From the IMG/VR virus record IMGVR_UViG_3300025132_000006, positions 1 through 59,842 of that record: DNA of 59,842 bases; one strand, 5' to 3'. The DNA comes from a virus. Taxonomy: Duplodnaviria; Caudoviricetes. Positions 1 through 10,330 of the stretch are shown in pieces; the stretch's first letter is position 1; the number at the start of each line of letters is the position of its first letter. The notes below the pieces were generated by a model. That model made no database searches, was not told where the DNA came from, and saw only the letters and a list, made by a program, of their open reading frames with translations. The position numbers and the translations under genes are program-made.

Positions 1-99
1 GACTGGTAATGGCATGAGGATTCAAACTTCTGATAACGCTGATATAAAATTTAGCTCTGGTACTGGTGATACTATTTTTGATTATGCTGGTGCTGGGGG
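1..99 (+). repeat. Direct terminal repeat, left copy (assembly overlap marking a circular or circularly permuted genome)
   Basis: Bases 1-99 (gactggtaatggcatg...tgctggggg) are identical to 59744-59842. The repeat lies inside an ORF, and 99 is a common assembler k-mer length. Confidence 0.95.
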
Positions 100-1561
100 A
101 AAGGTCGGTATCGGCACAACCTCGCCAAGTCACACACTACATGTGAAAGGTTCAGGTAATACCAATCAAAGTCTTTTTCTCATTACAGATAGCGATGATA
201 ATAGTCAATTTAGAATAGATACTTCATCTGCCGATGGTACTCCTCATATGAGATTGTATGACACAAGTGGCTCTTCAAAAGTAGTATTTAGCAGTAGTGG
301 CAATTCTAAAATTATGGGAGGCAATCTCGGTATCGGTACAGACTCGCCAACGCAAAAATTAGTTGTTTGGGGTCAAGTAATGATTGACAATTGGATTCGA
401 GGTTATGAAAATGCCACCAATCATACTTATGAACGATACTGGATGAGTTTTGATAGCGGTAGTCCAATATATAGAACTGGTGATAATGCTAAATATCATA
501 GGTTTCAAAATTATAGTGGTACGAATACTATGTCTGTTGGTGGCAGTAATAATAGGGTTGGTATCGGTGTAGACTCACCAACTAATAAACTTCATGTTTA
601 CGAGGAAGGAGCTACATCTGCAAGATTTTCTACAAACAATGTATTAAATTACATACACCTTACAAATAGTGGTGGTGCAAATCACTACATACAAACTAAT
701 CAACATACAGTAGCAATAAATGCTGATGGTAATAATACTCGTGGTAATGTTGCTTTAATGACTAGTAATACTACTAGATTAAATGTTGTTTCCGATGGAA
801 AAGTTGGAATTGGTATAAATGCACCAAGTGTTAAACTTCATGTTCAAAATGATGATTTAGCAAATTCAGTATATGATGCTAATTCAATAGTCGTTGCAGA
901 AAATGATGATTTTGCATTTTTTCAAACAGCATCTGCAACTAGAGGTGGTATCTTATTTGGAGATGCGGCTTCAGCTTCTGCTGGACATATAGTTTACGAC
1001 CACACCGACCAAGGTGCTGGTGCTAATGTAATGAAATTTTCTATTAATGGGACTACTAGAATGAGCCTAACTCAAAATGGTCCGAGCGTTTCTAATATTT
1101 ATACACCATCTATAGTCGCCGCTGGTGGTGACAATCTTACTCTTTTAGCATCTGGTCCTCAATTAAATATAGCCGCTGATTACGATAGTAGTTATGGACA
1201 AATTAATATGTTTCCAACTGGTAAAAATATTGGTACTGGAGCAACAGTAATATTCCATGATACTCATACAGATTTTACAGATAAACCTTTAAGATTTGCA
1301 GTAGCATCAGACCCAAGTGCAGTTGCAAATAATTGCCATTTATATGCAAAAGATGTTTCAAGTAGTGCAGAATTATTCGTTCAAGATGAGGCTGGTAATG
1401 TAACTCAGATTTCACCTCACGATGAAAATGGTGAATGGATATATAATTCAAAAAATATAAAAACAAAGATTCGTAAAAAAATACGAATGGAAAAATTAAT
1501 TAGAAAGCTTGAGGAATTTTTTGGTGAAGAATTTATCGAAGAAATCCTTGAAACAGCATAG
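14..1561 (+). CDS. Giant modular tail fibre, 3' part (C-terminal 515 aa of the ORF starting at 54060)
   Basis: Four more VGIG(T/V/I)xxP repeats, in frame with 54060 through the terminal repeat. The Met at 14 is internal. Confidence 0.9.
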   Translation: MRIQTSDNADIKFSSGTGDTIFDYAGAGGKVGIGTTSPSHTLHVKGSGNTNQSLFLITDSDDNSQFRIDTSSADGTPHMRLYDTSGSSKVVFSSSGNSKIMGGNLGIGTDSPTQKLVVWGQVMIDNWIRGYENATNHTYERYWMSFDSGSPIYRTGDNAKYHRFQNYSGTNTMSVGGSNNRVGIGVDSPTNKLHVYEEGATSARFSTNNVLNYIHLTNSGGANHYIQTNQHTVAINADGNNTRGNVALMTSNTTRLNVVSDGKVGIGINAPSVKLHVQNDDLANSVYDANSIVVAENDDFAFFQTASATRGGILFGDAASASAGHIVYDHTDQGAGANVMKFSINGTTRMSLTQNGPSVSNIYTPSIVAAGGDNLTLLASGPQLNIAADYDSSYGQINMFPTGKNIGTGATVIFHDTHTDFTDKPLRFAVASDPSAVANNCHLYAKDVSSSAELFVQDEAGNVTQISPHDENGEWIYNSKNIKTKIRKKIRMEKLIRKLEEFFGEEFIEEILETA

Positions 1562-1569
1562 CGGTTGAT

Positions 1570-1598
1570 AGTTGTCTGCTTATAAAAAACAACTTAAA
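1570..1598 (+). promoter_or_regulatory. Possible sigma70-type promoter TTGTCT-N17-TAAATT
   Basis: Intergenic, upstream of the GGAG RBS of ORF 1627. A similar TTG...TAAATT lies upstream of the scaffold gene. Confidence 0.35.
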
Positions 1599-1626
1599 TT
1601 TAATACCAACTTAATGGAGAAATATC

Positions 1627-1869
1627 ATGGCTGATAAATTCACAAAGAAAGCAGTAGCCTCTTCTTCATCACCTGCTCCGGCAGCTGATGCATGGAAAGA
1701 TGCAATGGTTGAAAAAGAACATCAACCTGCTAAACAAAAATCTGATGTCTCTTACAGGCAACTCGAATCTGAAGTTGCAAGTATAGAACAGCAAGTAAAA
1801 TCTTTGGGTGACAGAAAAGCACTACTTCAAGCAGAAATGGCTGAAGTAAAGAAAGCTGCTCAAGGATAA
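1627..1869 (+). CDS. Small coiled-coil protein (possible fibre chaperone)
   Basis: GGAG RBS; heptad pattern LESEVASIEQQVKSLGDRKALLQAEM; directly after the fibre gene. Confidence 0.6.
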   Translation: MADKFTKKAVASSSSPAPAADAWKDAMVEKEHQPAKQKSDVSYRQLESEVASIEQQVKSLGDRKALLQAEMAEVKKAAQG

Positions 1870-1890
1870 TAACAAGATAAAGGAGTTACT

Positions 1891-2085
1891 ATGTCAAAAA
1901 AGAATGGCGTACAACAGGAAGAAGCTCAATCTGCACCTGTCAATCTAGAAGACCAAATGAGAGCTATTGAAAGTCAAATAGCTGAACTTCGTGGTATTCA
2001 TAACTATCTAAACTCTTTAAAAGAGGGAGGATTTGATTTGATTCCACCATCTAGTGATGGCAAAGAGGCAGAAGCCCAGGGCTAA
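1891..2085 (+). CDS. Small coiled-coil protein
   Basis: AAGGAG RBS; helical heptads. Confidence 0.6.
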   Translation: MSKKNGVQQEEAQSAPVNLEDQMRAIESQIAELRGIHNYLNSLKEGGFDLIPPSSDGKEAEAQG

Positions 2086-2383
2086 ACCTACAAAGAAAGG
2101 AGGGGTAGTGATTAGTTATGCTACAAAGTATACTAATACTACTCCTCTGATAAAGTGGGCTGTTCTCTTTTTTATATTACTCCTTCCATCTTGTAGGGGA
2201 GGATGGTCTGTTGGTGGTTTAGAAGTATCGCCACCTGATTCCCTAAATACAGATTTTATGATTATAACTGACCAAGATAGTGTCCAGCATTTTTATGTAA
2301 GGACAACTTCAGGGGGAGGTATTTTAGTTGGAGATAATTGGTGTCATAGACATGAAAAATGGGAGACAGTGGAGAAAAAGTGA
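2054..2383 (+). CDS. Putative lipoprotein (o-spanin-like or other lysis accessory)
   Basis: Basic N-terminus, hydrophobic stretch WAVLFFILLL, then the lipobox-like LPSC. Confidence 0.5.
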   Translation: MMAKRQKPRAKPTKKGGVVISYATKYTNTTPLIKWAVLFFILLLPSCRGGWSVGGLEVSPPDSLNTDFMIITDQDSVQHFYVRTTSGGGILVGDNWCHRHEKWETVEKK

Positions 2384-2715
2384 ATGAGACAAGTAAACCT
2401 AAGACGGCAAGGTCTTACAGAGCAACTGTCGTTGGCGACAATACTGTTGTTAGCATTAATCTTAAATGGGCTGGGCAGGTACTTATACTTGTGGCTGGAC
2501 TTGTCTATTCGTACTTACAAGTTGAAAATAGAATTAGAGAACTTGAGCGAAGAGTGGAATTATCTGATACCGAAATTGAAGAACTTGTCAATAAACATAT
2601 TGTAGAAGAAGAAGCTAAAATTAGCAAGATGCAACAAGAACTTGATTGGTATGAAAAAGAATTAAATTTAAATCCTCTTAGTTGGGGAAAAAAGAAAAAG
2701 AGAAAGAAAAAGTAA
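2380..2715 (+). CDS. Membrane-anchored coiled-coil protein (i-spanin/holin-like)
   Basis: Likely GTG start at 2380 after GGAG; one TM segment (WAGQVLILVAGLVYSYL) followed by coiled coil and a basic tail. Confidence 0.55.
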   Translation: MNETSKPKTARSYRATVVGDNTVVSINLKWAGQVLILVAGLVYSYLQVENRIRELERRVELSDTEIEELVNKHIVEEEAKISKMQQELDWYEKELNLNPLSWGKKKKRKKK

Positions 2716-3035
2716 TGGATTTTTTAGCATTGTATGGTGAGGCAGGAATGATTGGTGTAGTTGGTGCAATGTGTGTATATCTAGTTGTCTCATTAACTAA
2801 TAAATCTAATAAACAACAAGAAAGTCTTGAAAATTTAAAAATAGAAAACGCAGGTCAATCAGAAACTCTTGAAAATATGGAAGGTATGATTATAAAACTT
2901 ATAAACAGATGGAATAAGAGTGATGATAAATTAGACAGAAAATTTGATGCAATAACAAAAGAAATAAATGATTTAGATAATCAAGTATCTGAAATAAAAG
3001 GAAGTTTAAGCAGGGTTAATGGAAAACATGGATAG
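2715..3035 (+). CDS. Holin-like membrane protein with coiled coil
   Basis: Likely start at the TAATG overlap (MDFLALYGEAG...); one N-terminal TM segment, then coiled coil. Confidence 0.55.
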   Translation: MDFLALYGEAGMIGVVGAMCVYLVVSLTNKSNKQQESLENLKIENAGQSETLENMEGMIIKLINRWNKSDDKLDRKFDAITKEINDLDNQVSEIKGSLSRVNGKHG

Positions 3036-3174
3036 TTTAAGAACAAGTAGTTTTAGTTTAGCACATGGCGTTATTTATTGGATGGATGTAATACCTGCGA
3101 TACTTATGTGTATTATGCTTTGCTTTAATATTTATTATTTATACATAAAAACAAAAAAGATAAAGGAGTCGTAA
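3028..3174 (+). CDS. Small membrane protein, 48 aa (holin-like; not in ORF track)
   Basis: MDSLRTSSFSLAHGVIYWMDVIPAILMCIMLCFNIYYLYIKTKKIKES; overlaps both neighbours. Confidence 0.6.
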   Translation: MDSLRTSSFSLAHGVIYWMDVIPAILMCIMLCFNIYYLYIKTKKIKES

Positions 3175-3335
3175 TGGACATATCTCAATTCTTAATAGAT
3201 AACTGGCAATTAGTTGCCTTAGTTATATTAGTAATAGATAAGGCAGTGGCTTTATCTCCAATGGAACAAGATGATTTAATATGGTCATCTATTAAAGGAG
3301 CTGTCTATAAATTGGCAGGAAAGGATAAATCATGA
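3174..3335 (+). CDS. Small membrane protein, 53 aa (holin-like; not in ORF track)
   Basis: AAGGAG RBS; MDISQFLIDNWQLVALVILVIDKAVALSPMEQDDLIW..., with an LSPxxxDD motif seen in small phage holin-like proteins. Confidence 0.6.
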   Translation: MDISQFLIDNWQLVALVILVIDKAVALSPMEQDDLIWSSIKGAVYKLAGKDKS

Positions 3336-3592
3336 AACCGATAAGAGGAATAGCAAAAGCATGGATGAAAGTTGGTGGATTCGTTAAAAAGCAAAGAGAT
3401 AATATTGGATTTGCTAGATTAGTAATAGAATTCGCTGAGTTTGTAGCTAAACTTACTCCATCAAAAAAAGATGATAAATTTGTTGAAGATTTGAAAAAGA
3501 TGATAAACAAAGCTGATTCAAATTTAAGCAAAGTTGAAGCCGTAAAAGCAAAAGCTGAAGAAGTTGTGAAAAAAGCAAAGAAAAAGAAGTAA
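3332..3592 (+). CDS. Hypothetical basic protein with LTPSKKDD motif (holin-associated)
   Basis: ATGA overlap; motif resembles that of the preceding ORF. Confidence 0.55.
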   Translation: MKPIRGIAKAWMKVGGFVKKQRDNIGFARLVIEFAEFVAKLTPSKKDDKFVEDLKKMINKADSNLSKVEAVKAKAEEVVKKAKKKK

Positions 3593-3601
3593 TGACATCT
3601 G

Positions 3602-6421
3602 ATGCCAAAGCAATCTTTAAAAGTAGGAAGCTTTCATAGCGGTCTAAATACTAAAGCTGACGCTAGAGATATAAAAGATGATGAGTTAGCTCTTTCTGAT
3701 AATATATCTGTAGATAAAGTAGGTAAAATAGTTATGGCAGGAAATTCTCCTGAGATAACTACTATTACTATAAATGCTTTGGGGGAAATTAATAAAGGAC
3801 ACGGTCTCTTTAGATTTAGTTCAGATTATAATGCTAGTGGTTCTTTTGTACCAACAGATTATATAATAGTTTGGGATGACGCAGAGGGAAAGTTTTATTG
3901 GTCGCCTGATGGAGGTAATTTTGCAGAGGCTATTGATTTATCTAGTACTTGGGGAAATTCTGAGAATTCGATACCTATTTTTTATTATGTAGATGGTGCT
4001 TTAAGGATTGTAGATTCTAGTTTTCCTGCTACTGCTAATCCATCAATTTGGTTTGGAGTTGTAGATAGACTTCTATTCCCAGATGCTACCCACCCTGATG
4101 CAAGTACTCCTGCTGATAATGACTTTTTACTCTCTGGTTGGAAAAAAGGTTTTTCTGAATTAAAAACACCTACCGCAGGTAAAATATCAACTACTATTCC
4201 AGCTAACTCAGCTGCCCTTGAAACTGATTCTGTCTATTGGCACGTTAGGAATATGAGAGATGAAACTGTTCAATTATATGATTTCCCTACGACTAATTTA
4301 ACTAGTGATTATTCTAACGAAAGTGTTTATAATTTATCTAAACCATATCAAAATGGATATGAAAATTGGCAAACAATTCATGGAATTAATGAAGGATATA
4401 AAGGTGGGACTGCTCATCAATTTGGAATTGCTCTATTTGAAGAAGATGATAAAGAATACTCTACAAATAGAAATTGGGTATTAAATGATTTTCCTTCGGC
4501 TAATACTGAAGATTTTAAATCTGGAAAGTCTGTATATTTAGCATTTAGATTGCCAACCCAATCTTCTAGAGAAACATGGCTTGGGAGTTATCAATTATTA
4601 CAATCTTCAAATTCATCTAGTTCAGCTACTATTAATATTTCAGATGCATCAATTATATTAAAAGATTCAGGAGCTTCTGATATGATTTCTTTTAAAATTG
4701 ATTCTACAAAATTTACAGACATTACAACACCTGTTGGTCAATGGCATATTGTTGAATTTCCTTATGATGATTATTATCATTTAACTAGAAGTGATACTAA
4801 TTTCTATATTGACCAATTTGTCTTATCAATGGATTATTCAATTGAGGTTGTTGGCACTACCCTTTCAACCTCTGGAGGTAATAGTAATAATAATGCGGGG
4901 TTTGTATTTTTAGAATTATCTGATTTAAGAATAGGTGATTCTGATTTAGTCGGAGTAGATACTGTTGGCAGGCATAAATTTTTTATGAGTCACACATATG
5001 ATGATAAAGAAAATGAAAGCTTGTTAAAAGACCTCGGTGAAATTGAATTAAGCAGAACAACTTCAGAGTATTTAATTGGAATTACTGCTTATCACAAAGA
5101 GCCTAGTGCTTCATTCAATCCTAGAATCACTGGTTCAAATCTTTATATAGAAGATGAAGGAGTTCCATATAGAATTGCTGAATTAAGATATTTAAGAGGT
5201 TTAAGGGGTTCGTGGGAACAAGAATTTCCATCATCTAGTAGATTTAGTATATTTGATACAAATAACGCTAAGAGTAATACGATTAAAAATAATGGACTTC
5301 CTTTATTAGAAAGTTATGAGGCTATGAATGGATATACTCCTGAAATAGAATCAATTACTGCTGATTTTAAAGCATCTACATTGTTAAATAGGAGAGTTTA
5401 CGCTGGGAATATAAAACAAAATGGTAAGATTTACGGTGATAGAATGATAAAGACCGTTACCAATAATTTTGATGCATTCCCATCCGTTGGTAGAGAAATA
5501 GATGTTGTTATAAATGATGGAGATGAAATTATAGCATTAGAAACATATGCTGATAGAATACTTCAATTTAAGAAAAATACTATGTATTTAATTAATGCTA
5601 CTAAATCAAGTGAATATTTAGAAGATACCTATCAAGGTAAAGGAATTGCAACTGATATGGCTGTTTCTAAGACAGATATGGGGATAACGTGGGCAAATAA
5701 GAATGGTTGTTATTTATATGATGGTCAAAAAGTATATAATATATCTGATGGATTAATAGATGACGATGAATGGTCTACTCATATAGGAATAGATACAGAT
5801 GTCATGTATTCTCCTTTAAATAATAAGATTATAGTTAGTGGTGGTACAAATGGTATAGATGTATTTGAATTTTCTTTACAAACTAAAGGATGGTCTAAAG
5901 CTAAAAGTAAAATTCAAGCAACGAAAACAAATTCTGTATTGGATGTAGATGATACAATAAAATATTTGACAACTGATAAAATATATAATTGGCTAGATAC
6001 TCCTTCTAGTGGGGTTATTCGTATTCTAACTAAAGATTTTGATTTTGGAAATCCTGCTCAGAGAAAGAAATGTTTTAAGTTTTATGTCACATATAAATCA
6101 AGTGCGGCATCAAATGTTATGGTTTATTATGGCACAAATGGACAAACTCTAACTGATGTTCAAACTGGGACTCCTCTTCCATGTGGAAAGCAAATGAAAG
6201 CTTCTAATTTTGCTGGAACAAGTACTAGTGGTTATTCAGTTACAAATGGATTAGCTACTACTGGAGGAGAATGGAAACAAGTAGAATTAAAACCATCAAC
6301 TTCTATTAATAATAAATATTCTGTTCAGTTACATTTTATTACTAAGGCATCTGAAACCACTCCATCTAGTTTTGAGATTAATGATATAACAATAATTTAT
6401 AGACCAAAACCACTTAAATAA
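3602..6421 (+). CDS. Tail nozzle/stabilisation protein (P22 gp10 / T7 gp12-like beta-propeller)
   Basis: N-terminal F.SGLNT..D.RDI...E motif typical of podovirus tail-tube-B proteins; beta-rich; C-terminal ILTKDFDFGNP..RK motif. Confidence 0.7.
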   Translation: MPKQSLKVGSFHSGLNTKADARDIKDDELALSDNISVDKVGKIVMAGNSPEITTITINALGEINKGHGLFRFSSDYNASGSFVPTDYIIVWDDAEGKFYWSPDGGNFAEAIDLSSTWGNSENSIPIFYYVDGALRIVDSSFPATANPSIWFGVVDRLLFPDATHPDASTPADNDFLLSGWKKGFSELKTPTAGKISTTIPANSAALETDSVYWHVRNMRDETVQLYDFPTTNLTSDYSNESVYNLSKPYQNGYENWQTIHGINEGYKGGTAHQFGIALFEEDDKEYSTNRNWVLNDFPSANTEDFKSGKSVYLAFRLPTQSSRETWLGSYQLLQSSNSSSSATINISDASIILKDSGASDMISFKIDSTKFTDITTPVGQWHIVEFPYDDYYHLTRSDTNFYIDQFVLSMDYSIEVVGTTLSTSGGNSNNNAGFVFLELSDLRIGDSDLVGVDTVGRHKFFMSHTYDDKENESLLKDLGEIELSRTTSEYLIGITAYHKEPSASFNPRITGSNLYIEDEGVPYRIAELRYLRGLRGSWEQEFPSSSRFSIFDTNNAKSNTIKNNGLPLLESYEAMNGYTPEIESITADFKASTLLNRRVYAGNIKQNGKIYGDRMIKTVTNNFDAFPSVGREIDVVINDGDEIIALETYADRILQFKKNTMYLINATKSSEYLEDTYQGKGIATDMAVSKTDMGITWANKNGCYLYDGQKVYNISDGLIDDDEWSTHIGIDTDVMYSPLNNKIIVSGGTNGIDVFEFSLQTKGWSKAKSKIQATKTNSVLDVDDTIKYLTTDKIYNWLDTPSSGVIRILTKDFDFGNPAQRKKCFKFYVTYKSSAASNVMVYYGTNGQTLTDVQTGTPLPCGKQMKASNFAGTSTSGYSVTNGLATTGGEWKQVELKPSTSINNKYSVQLHFITKASETTPSSFEINDITIIYRPKPLK

Positions 6422-9414
6422 TGTCTAAGAGAAGTCAAAGAAGAGCTAGGCATCAAAATGCAAGTCAAACAGGTATAGGAAGAGGTAATTTAGGTTCTTC
6501 TGATGGAAGAGTAGGCTCTCAAGAATTTAGAACTATAGCAGGTAAAGGTCTAGTCCATATGGTCAAAACTGAGACTGGATGGAAAGAAATGTCTAGTAGT
6601 CTTAGAGATACTACTAAGGGGAATACAACTGCTGATATATTAGCTGATTTAGTAGCTCCTGTTATAACTACTGCATCAAGTGGGGATGGAACTGGCACAA
6701 GTAATCATAGCGAGTTAGAAAGTCTAACTTCATCAGATGACCACACTCAATATGTTCATAACACTACTGTGAGAACTATAAGTGCTAATCATAATTTTAC
6801 AGGAAATCCAACATTTACAACTGGTACATTTACTGCTCCAGATATAAATGGGGGAACAATAGATGGTAGTACTATAGCTACTTCTAATATAACAGTAGGT
6901 AGTAGCAAGACATTAGATGTTCAAAATGGAACTTTAACATTAGGAGATAACCAAATAAGTGGAGATAAAGTAGAGGGAGGAACAATAGCAGCTACTACTA
7001 TTACTGCATTAACAACTGCAGGTATAACTGCTACTGCTAATATTGATATAGGAACTTTTGATTTAAGAGCTAATACACTTACTTCTGATATAGCAGATGG
7101 GACTTCTCCTCTTAATATAACTTCTACAACTGAAGTAACTAATTTAAATGCTGATTTGTGGGATGGGTATCAATTTAGTGACTATCTTAACCAAGCAGTT
7201 AAAACAGTTTCTACTCCTACATTTGCTTCAATAACAACTCCTACTATATTATCAGCTGGTGATATTACACTTAATCCAACAGGGAAAGATGTACTTCCGA
7301 ATAGCACTGTAGATATTGATTTAGGTGATTACAATAGAATGTGGAAAAGTTTATATGCTGCTGAACTTATTGTAGAAACATTAGTGGCTCAAGATGTGAT
7401 GGCTACTATTGGAGGTAGAATTATGGTAGCTCCGACTACTAAATTAATTTCAAATTTACAATCTAATGATACTGTAATAAATGTAGAACATAATAATATT
7501 AAAAATAAATATGTTATGTTAAAAACTGCTCCTTCAGGTGTTGCTCAAGTAGAGGTTATAAAAATAGAAAATTCTAATCCTACTTCGGTTACAGGTGGAT
7601 ATAGATATAATATACAATCAAGAAATTTAGATAATACAACTGCTAATGCTTGGCAAGAGGGAGATGCGGTATGTTCGTTAGGAGGCTCAGCTGGTGAAGG
7701 TTTTATAGATTTAACAAGTACATCTACTGTTCTTAATCACGCAGGTCCGACTATGGCTATATATTCTAGAACCGCAGCTACAAATTGGAATGATTTAAAA
7801 CCTACTGTTGCAGTCGGGCAATTGTCTAGTTTTGTTGATTATTCTAGTAATGATAAATTTGGAATCGCTATTGGAAATGATATTACATTAACTCCCACAA
7901 CTTCATTTAAGGGCTTAACTGCTGATAATACTAATGGCTTAAGAATGTTTAATACTCCTATTGAATTATATAATAGTACTGAAAAAAGAGTAAAAATAAC
8001 ATCTACAGGAACTGTGAAGATGGGAGAACATTTAGATAATACTGCGGGTAGTACAGAAAGTGCAAAATTCCATTGGGATGGTGCTGATTTAACTTTAACT
8101 GGTGCAATTACTGCTGATACAGGATATATAGGGGGAACATCAGGGTGGACAATATCATCTAGAAAATTGTATAACTCGTATCAAAATAATTATATAGGTC
8201 TTGTCCAACAAGGTTCTGCTAATGCAGATGTTGGAAGTCTTAGTGCTTTTTACGCTGGTGCTACATCAAGTACAGGTCAAAATGCAAAAATATCATTTGC
8301 TTCAGATGGAAAAATACGAGGCAATGGTATATATAGAAAGGATAATGTTGATTATCTTATAACGGCTTCAAGAATATTTGGTAATGGTAGTGATGGTGCT
8401 TTATCAACTAGTGGAACTATAAATTTAACTAGAGATAAGTATTATACATCTATTACTGTTGCGAATGGTCAAAATTTATATCTTAATCCACGAGGATTTA
8501 GAATATTTGTTAGAGACACTGTGACTCTTCTCGGAACTGGGAGACTTTATATTAGAAATAATGGAACAAATGGGGATAATGGAAGTCAAGGAGGTAATGA
8601 ATCTGGTGGAAGTGGAGGAAGCGGAGCAGGTATAGGTGGATTAGAAGGAAGTTTAAGAGGAGGAATTAATGGAGGAAATGGTGGAAATGGCGGAGGAGCT
8701 GGAATAGGTGCCGGAAATAGCGGGGGTTCAGGTAGTGCAGGTGCTAATGTTCCTGCCGTCAGTCCAGTTGTTAGAGAGTATTCCGTTTCTATTGGTAATG
8801 TTAATGATGGTGCAAAAGGAGGGGGTGGTCAAAATGGTGCTGCAGGCGCAGGGGGTACTGCAAATACACCAAATAATTCTAATACATCTTCTCAAGGTGC
8901 TATAAGTATTCAAAGTTCAGATTTAACCTTTATAATTGCAATGAGAGATATATTTGCCGTTGGAAATAATACTCCTTCTATTTATCCTGCCGCTGGTGCT
9001 TGCGGTGGAGGTGGTGGAGCAGGAGGTGGACCTGCTAGTAATGCATCTGGCGGGCAAGGTAAGTCTGGTGGCGGTGGAGGTCAAGGAGGAGGCTCAGGAG
9101 GTCACGTTATGTTATTAATGAGAGAATTTGTAGGGACACAAAGTCAATTATATTTAAGTGCAAATGGTGGTAATGGAGGTAATGGAGGTAGTCAAGGTAA
9201 TATAGGAAGTGGAGGAGCAGGGGGAAAAGGCGCAGGTGGTAATGGAGGCGATGGAGGATGTGTTACTGTTATATCTGGTCAAGATATTTCAGGTGCAACT
9301 ATAACTGTCACGAAAGGTTCAAAGGGGGCACCAGGCACCACAGGAAGCGCAGTAAATGAACCAGAGACTGCTTCTGATGGCTCAGATGGAACTATAATTA
9401 GAATTGAATGTTAG
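6421..9414 (+). CDS. Tail spike/fibre-like structural protein with glycine-rich C-terminal domain
   Basis: T/G/S/N-rich; FGNGSDG motif followed by GGNGGNGG-type tracts; located in the tail cluster. Confidence 0.65.
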   Translation: MSKRSQRRARHQNASQTGIGRGNLGSSDGRVGSQEFRTIAGKGLVHMVKTETGWKEMSSSLRDTTKGNTTADILADLVAPVITTASSGDGTGTSNHSELESLTSSDDHTQYVHNTTVRTISANHNFTGNPTFTTGTFTAPDINGGTIDGSTIATSNITVGSSKTLDVQNGTLTLGDNQISGDKVEGGTIAATTITALTTAGITATANIDIGTFDLRANTLTSDIADGTSPLNITSTTEVTNLNADLWDGYQFSDYLNQAVKTVSTPTFASITTPTILSAGDITLNPTGKDVLPNSTVDIDLGDYNRMWKSLYAAELIVETLVAQDVMATIGGRIMVAPTTKLISNLQSNDTVINVEHNNIKNKYVMLKTAPSGVAQVEVIKIENSNPTSVTGGYRYNIQSRNLDNTTANAWQEGDAVCSLGGSAGEGFIDLTSTSTVLNHAGPTMAIYSRTAATNWNDLKPTVAVGQLSSFVDYSSNDKFGIAIGNDITLTPTTSFKGLTADNTNGLRMFNTPIELYNSTEKRVKITSTGTVKMGEHLDNTAGSTESAKFHWDGADLTLTGAITADTGYIGGTSGWTISSRKLYNSYQNNYIGLVQQGSANADVGSLSAFYAGATSSTGQNAKISFASDGKIRGNGIYRKDNVDYLITASRIFGNGSDGALSTSGTINLTRDKYYTSITVANGQNLYLNPRGFRIFVRDTVTLLGTGRLYIRNNGTNGDNGSQGGNESGGSGGSGAGIGGLEGSLRGGINGGNGGNGGGAGIGAGNSGGSGSAGANVPAVSPVVREYSVSIGNVNDGAKGGGGQNGAAGAGGTANTPNNSNTSSQGAISIQSSDLTFIIAMRDIFAVGNNTPSIYPAAGACGGGGGAGGGPASNASGGQGKSGGGGGQGGGSGGHVMLLMREFVGTQSQLYLSANGGNGGNGGSQGNIGSGGAGGKGAGGNGGDGGCVTVISGQDISGATITVTKGSKGAPGTTGSAVNEPETASDGSDGTIIRIEC

Positions 9415-9472
9415 GGATTGGTTATGAAAAATATTATTATTAATAGTCTAAAAGCAGTAAATTAGGGTACTT

Positions 9473-10330
9473 ATGGCTTCATATGGTAAAATAGCACAAG
9501 CTCAAAAAAGAGTAGTAGACTCATCTTCTATGATTTCAGATAGAAGCAGTTTAATAGAGCATCAAGCTAAAATGGATAGTAATAGTGAAGTATTTGGCTA
9601 TGCTAATCAAATTTTATCTAGTTTAGGTACAGTGGCGGCTGGGTTTGATGCAAATAAAGAGTCATATCAAAATTTATCTACTGGTGCAACAGAGGCAGGT
9701 GTTGAGGGTATTAAAGAATGGGATGAGTTATCATTCGGAGATAAAACTAAAATAGGTTTTGGGTTAGGAAAAGATGCAACTGCAATTGAAGATTTAGACT
9801 CAACTTATTCAACAGATGAAGGTCATTTTAGCACAGCTAGTTTGATGGAAATAGGAAGAAAATCAAAAGCAGGTACTTTACAACCAAGCTTAGCAGGACC
9901 AGATGGTAAAAAACAGAGTGTTTGGAGTATATATGGACAAGATTCATCAGACGCAGACGGAACAATTATACCCGCAAGTGGTAAAGCACAATATTTAAAT
10001 AAAAATGATAACGAAAAATCTGATAGTAAAGGTTTTTTAGGGATTGGAGATGGAGTAAATCAAACTGGAAATCTTTTAAAAGCAGGCGGAGAAGCTATTA
10101 AAAATATGAGTGGTGAAGGAAGTTTACTTGAAAGTTTAGGGAAAACTGTCGGAGGTGCAACTAAGGCATTAGGCATTACAGATGATAAAGGATGGCTTCG
10201 GGGTACTAATAGTAAATGGGGATTTAAAGTTGGTGAGCATGTTGGTTTTGATAGAGATTCGAGTCCGTACAACCTTTCAAATATGTGGGATAACTATAAA
10301 AATAAAAAACAAGTAGCGTCAAATGATTAA
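9473..10330 (+). CDS. Putative internal virion (ejection) protein
   Basis: G/S/A/D-rich helical protein between tail genes and giant virion proteins; call is positional. Confidence 0.5.
   Translation: MASYGKIAQAQKRVVDSSSMISDRSSLIEHQAKMDSNSEVFGYANQILSSLGTVAAGFDANKESYQNLSTGATEAGVEGIKEWDELSFGDKTKIGFGLGKDATAIEDLDSTYSTDEGHFSTASLMEIGRKSKAGTLQPSLAGPDGKKQSVWSIYGQDSSDADGTIIPASGKAQYLNKNDNEKSDSKGFLGIGDGVNQTGNLLKAGGEAIKNMSGEGSLLESLGKTVGGATKALGITDDKGWLRGTNSKWGFKVGEHVGFDRDSSPYNLSNMWDNYKNKKQVASND

Noticed and set aside
1-99. Biological terminal repeat
   Set aside because: It is exactly 99 bp and interrupts the tail-fibre ORF, so it is best explained as an assembler k-mer overlap.
14-1561. Independent 515-aa gene
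   Set aside because: It is the in-frame continuation of the ORF starting at 54060 and has no RBS.
8560-9360. Collagen-like repeat
   Set aside because: Glycine-rich but with GG-x tracts rather than sustained G-X-Y with Pro; this is typical of phage glycine-rich tail domains.
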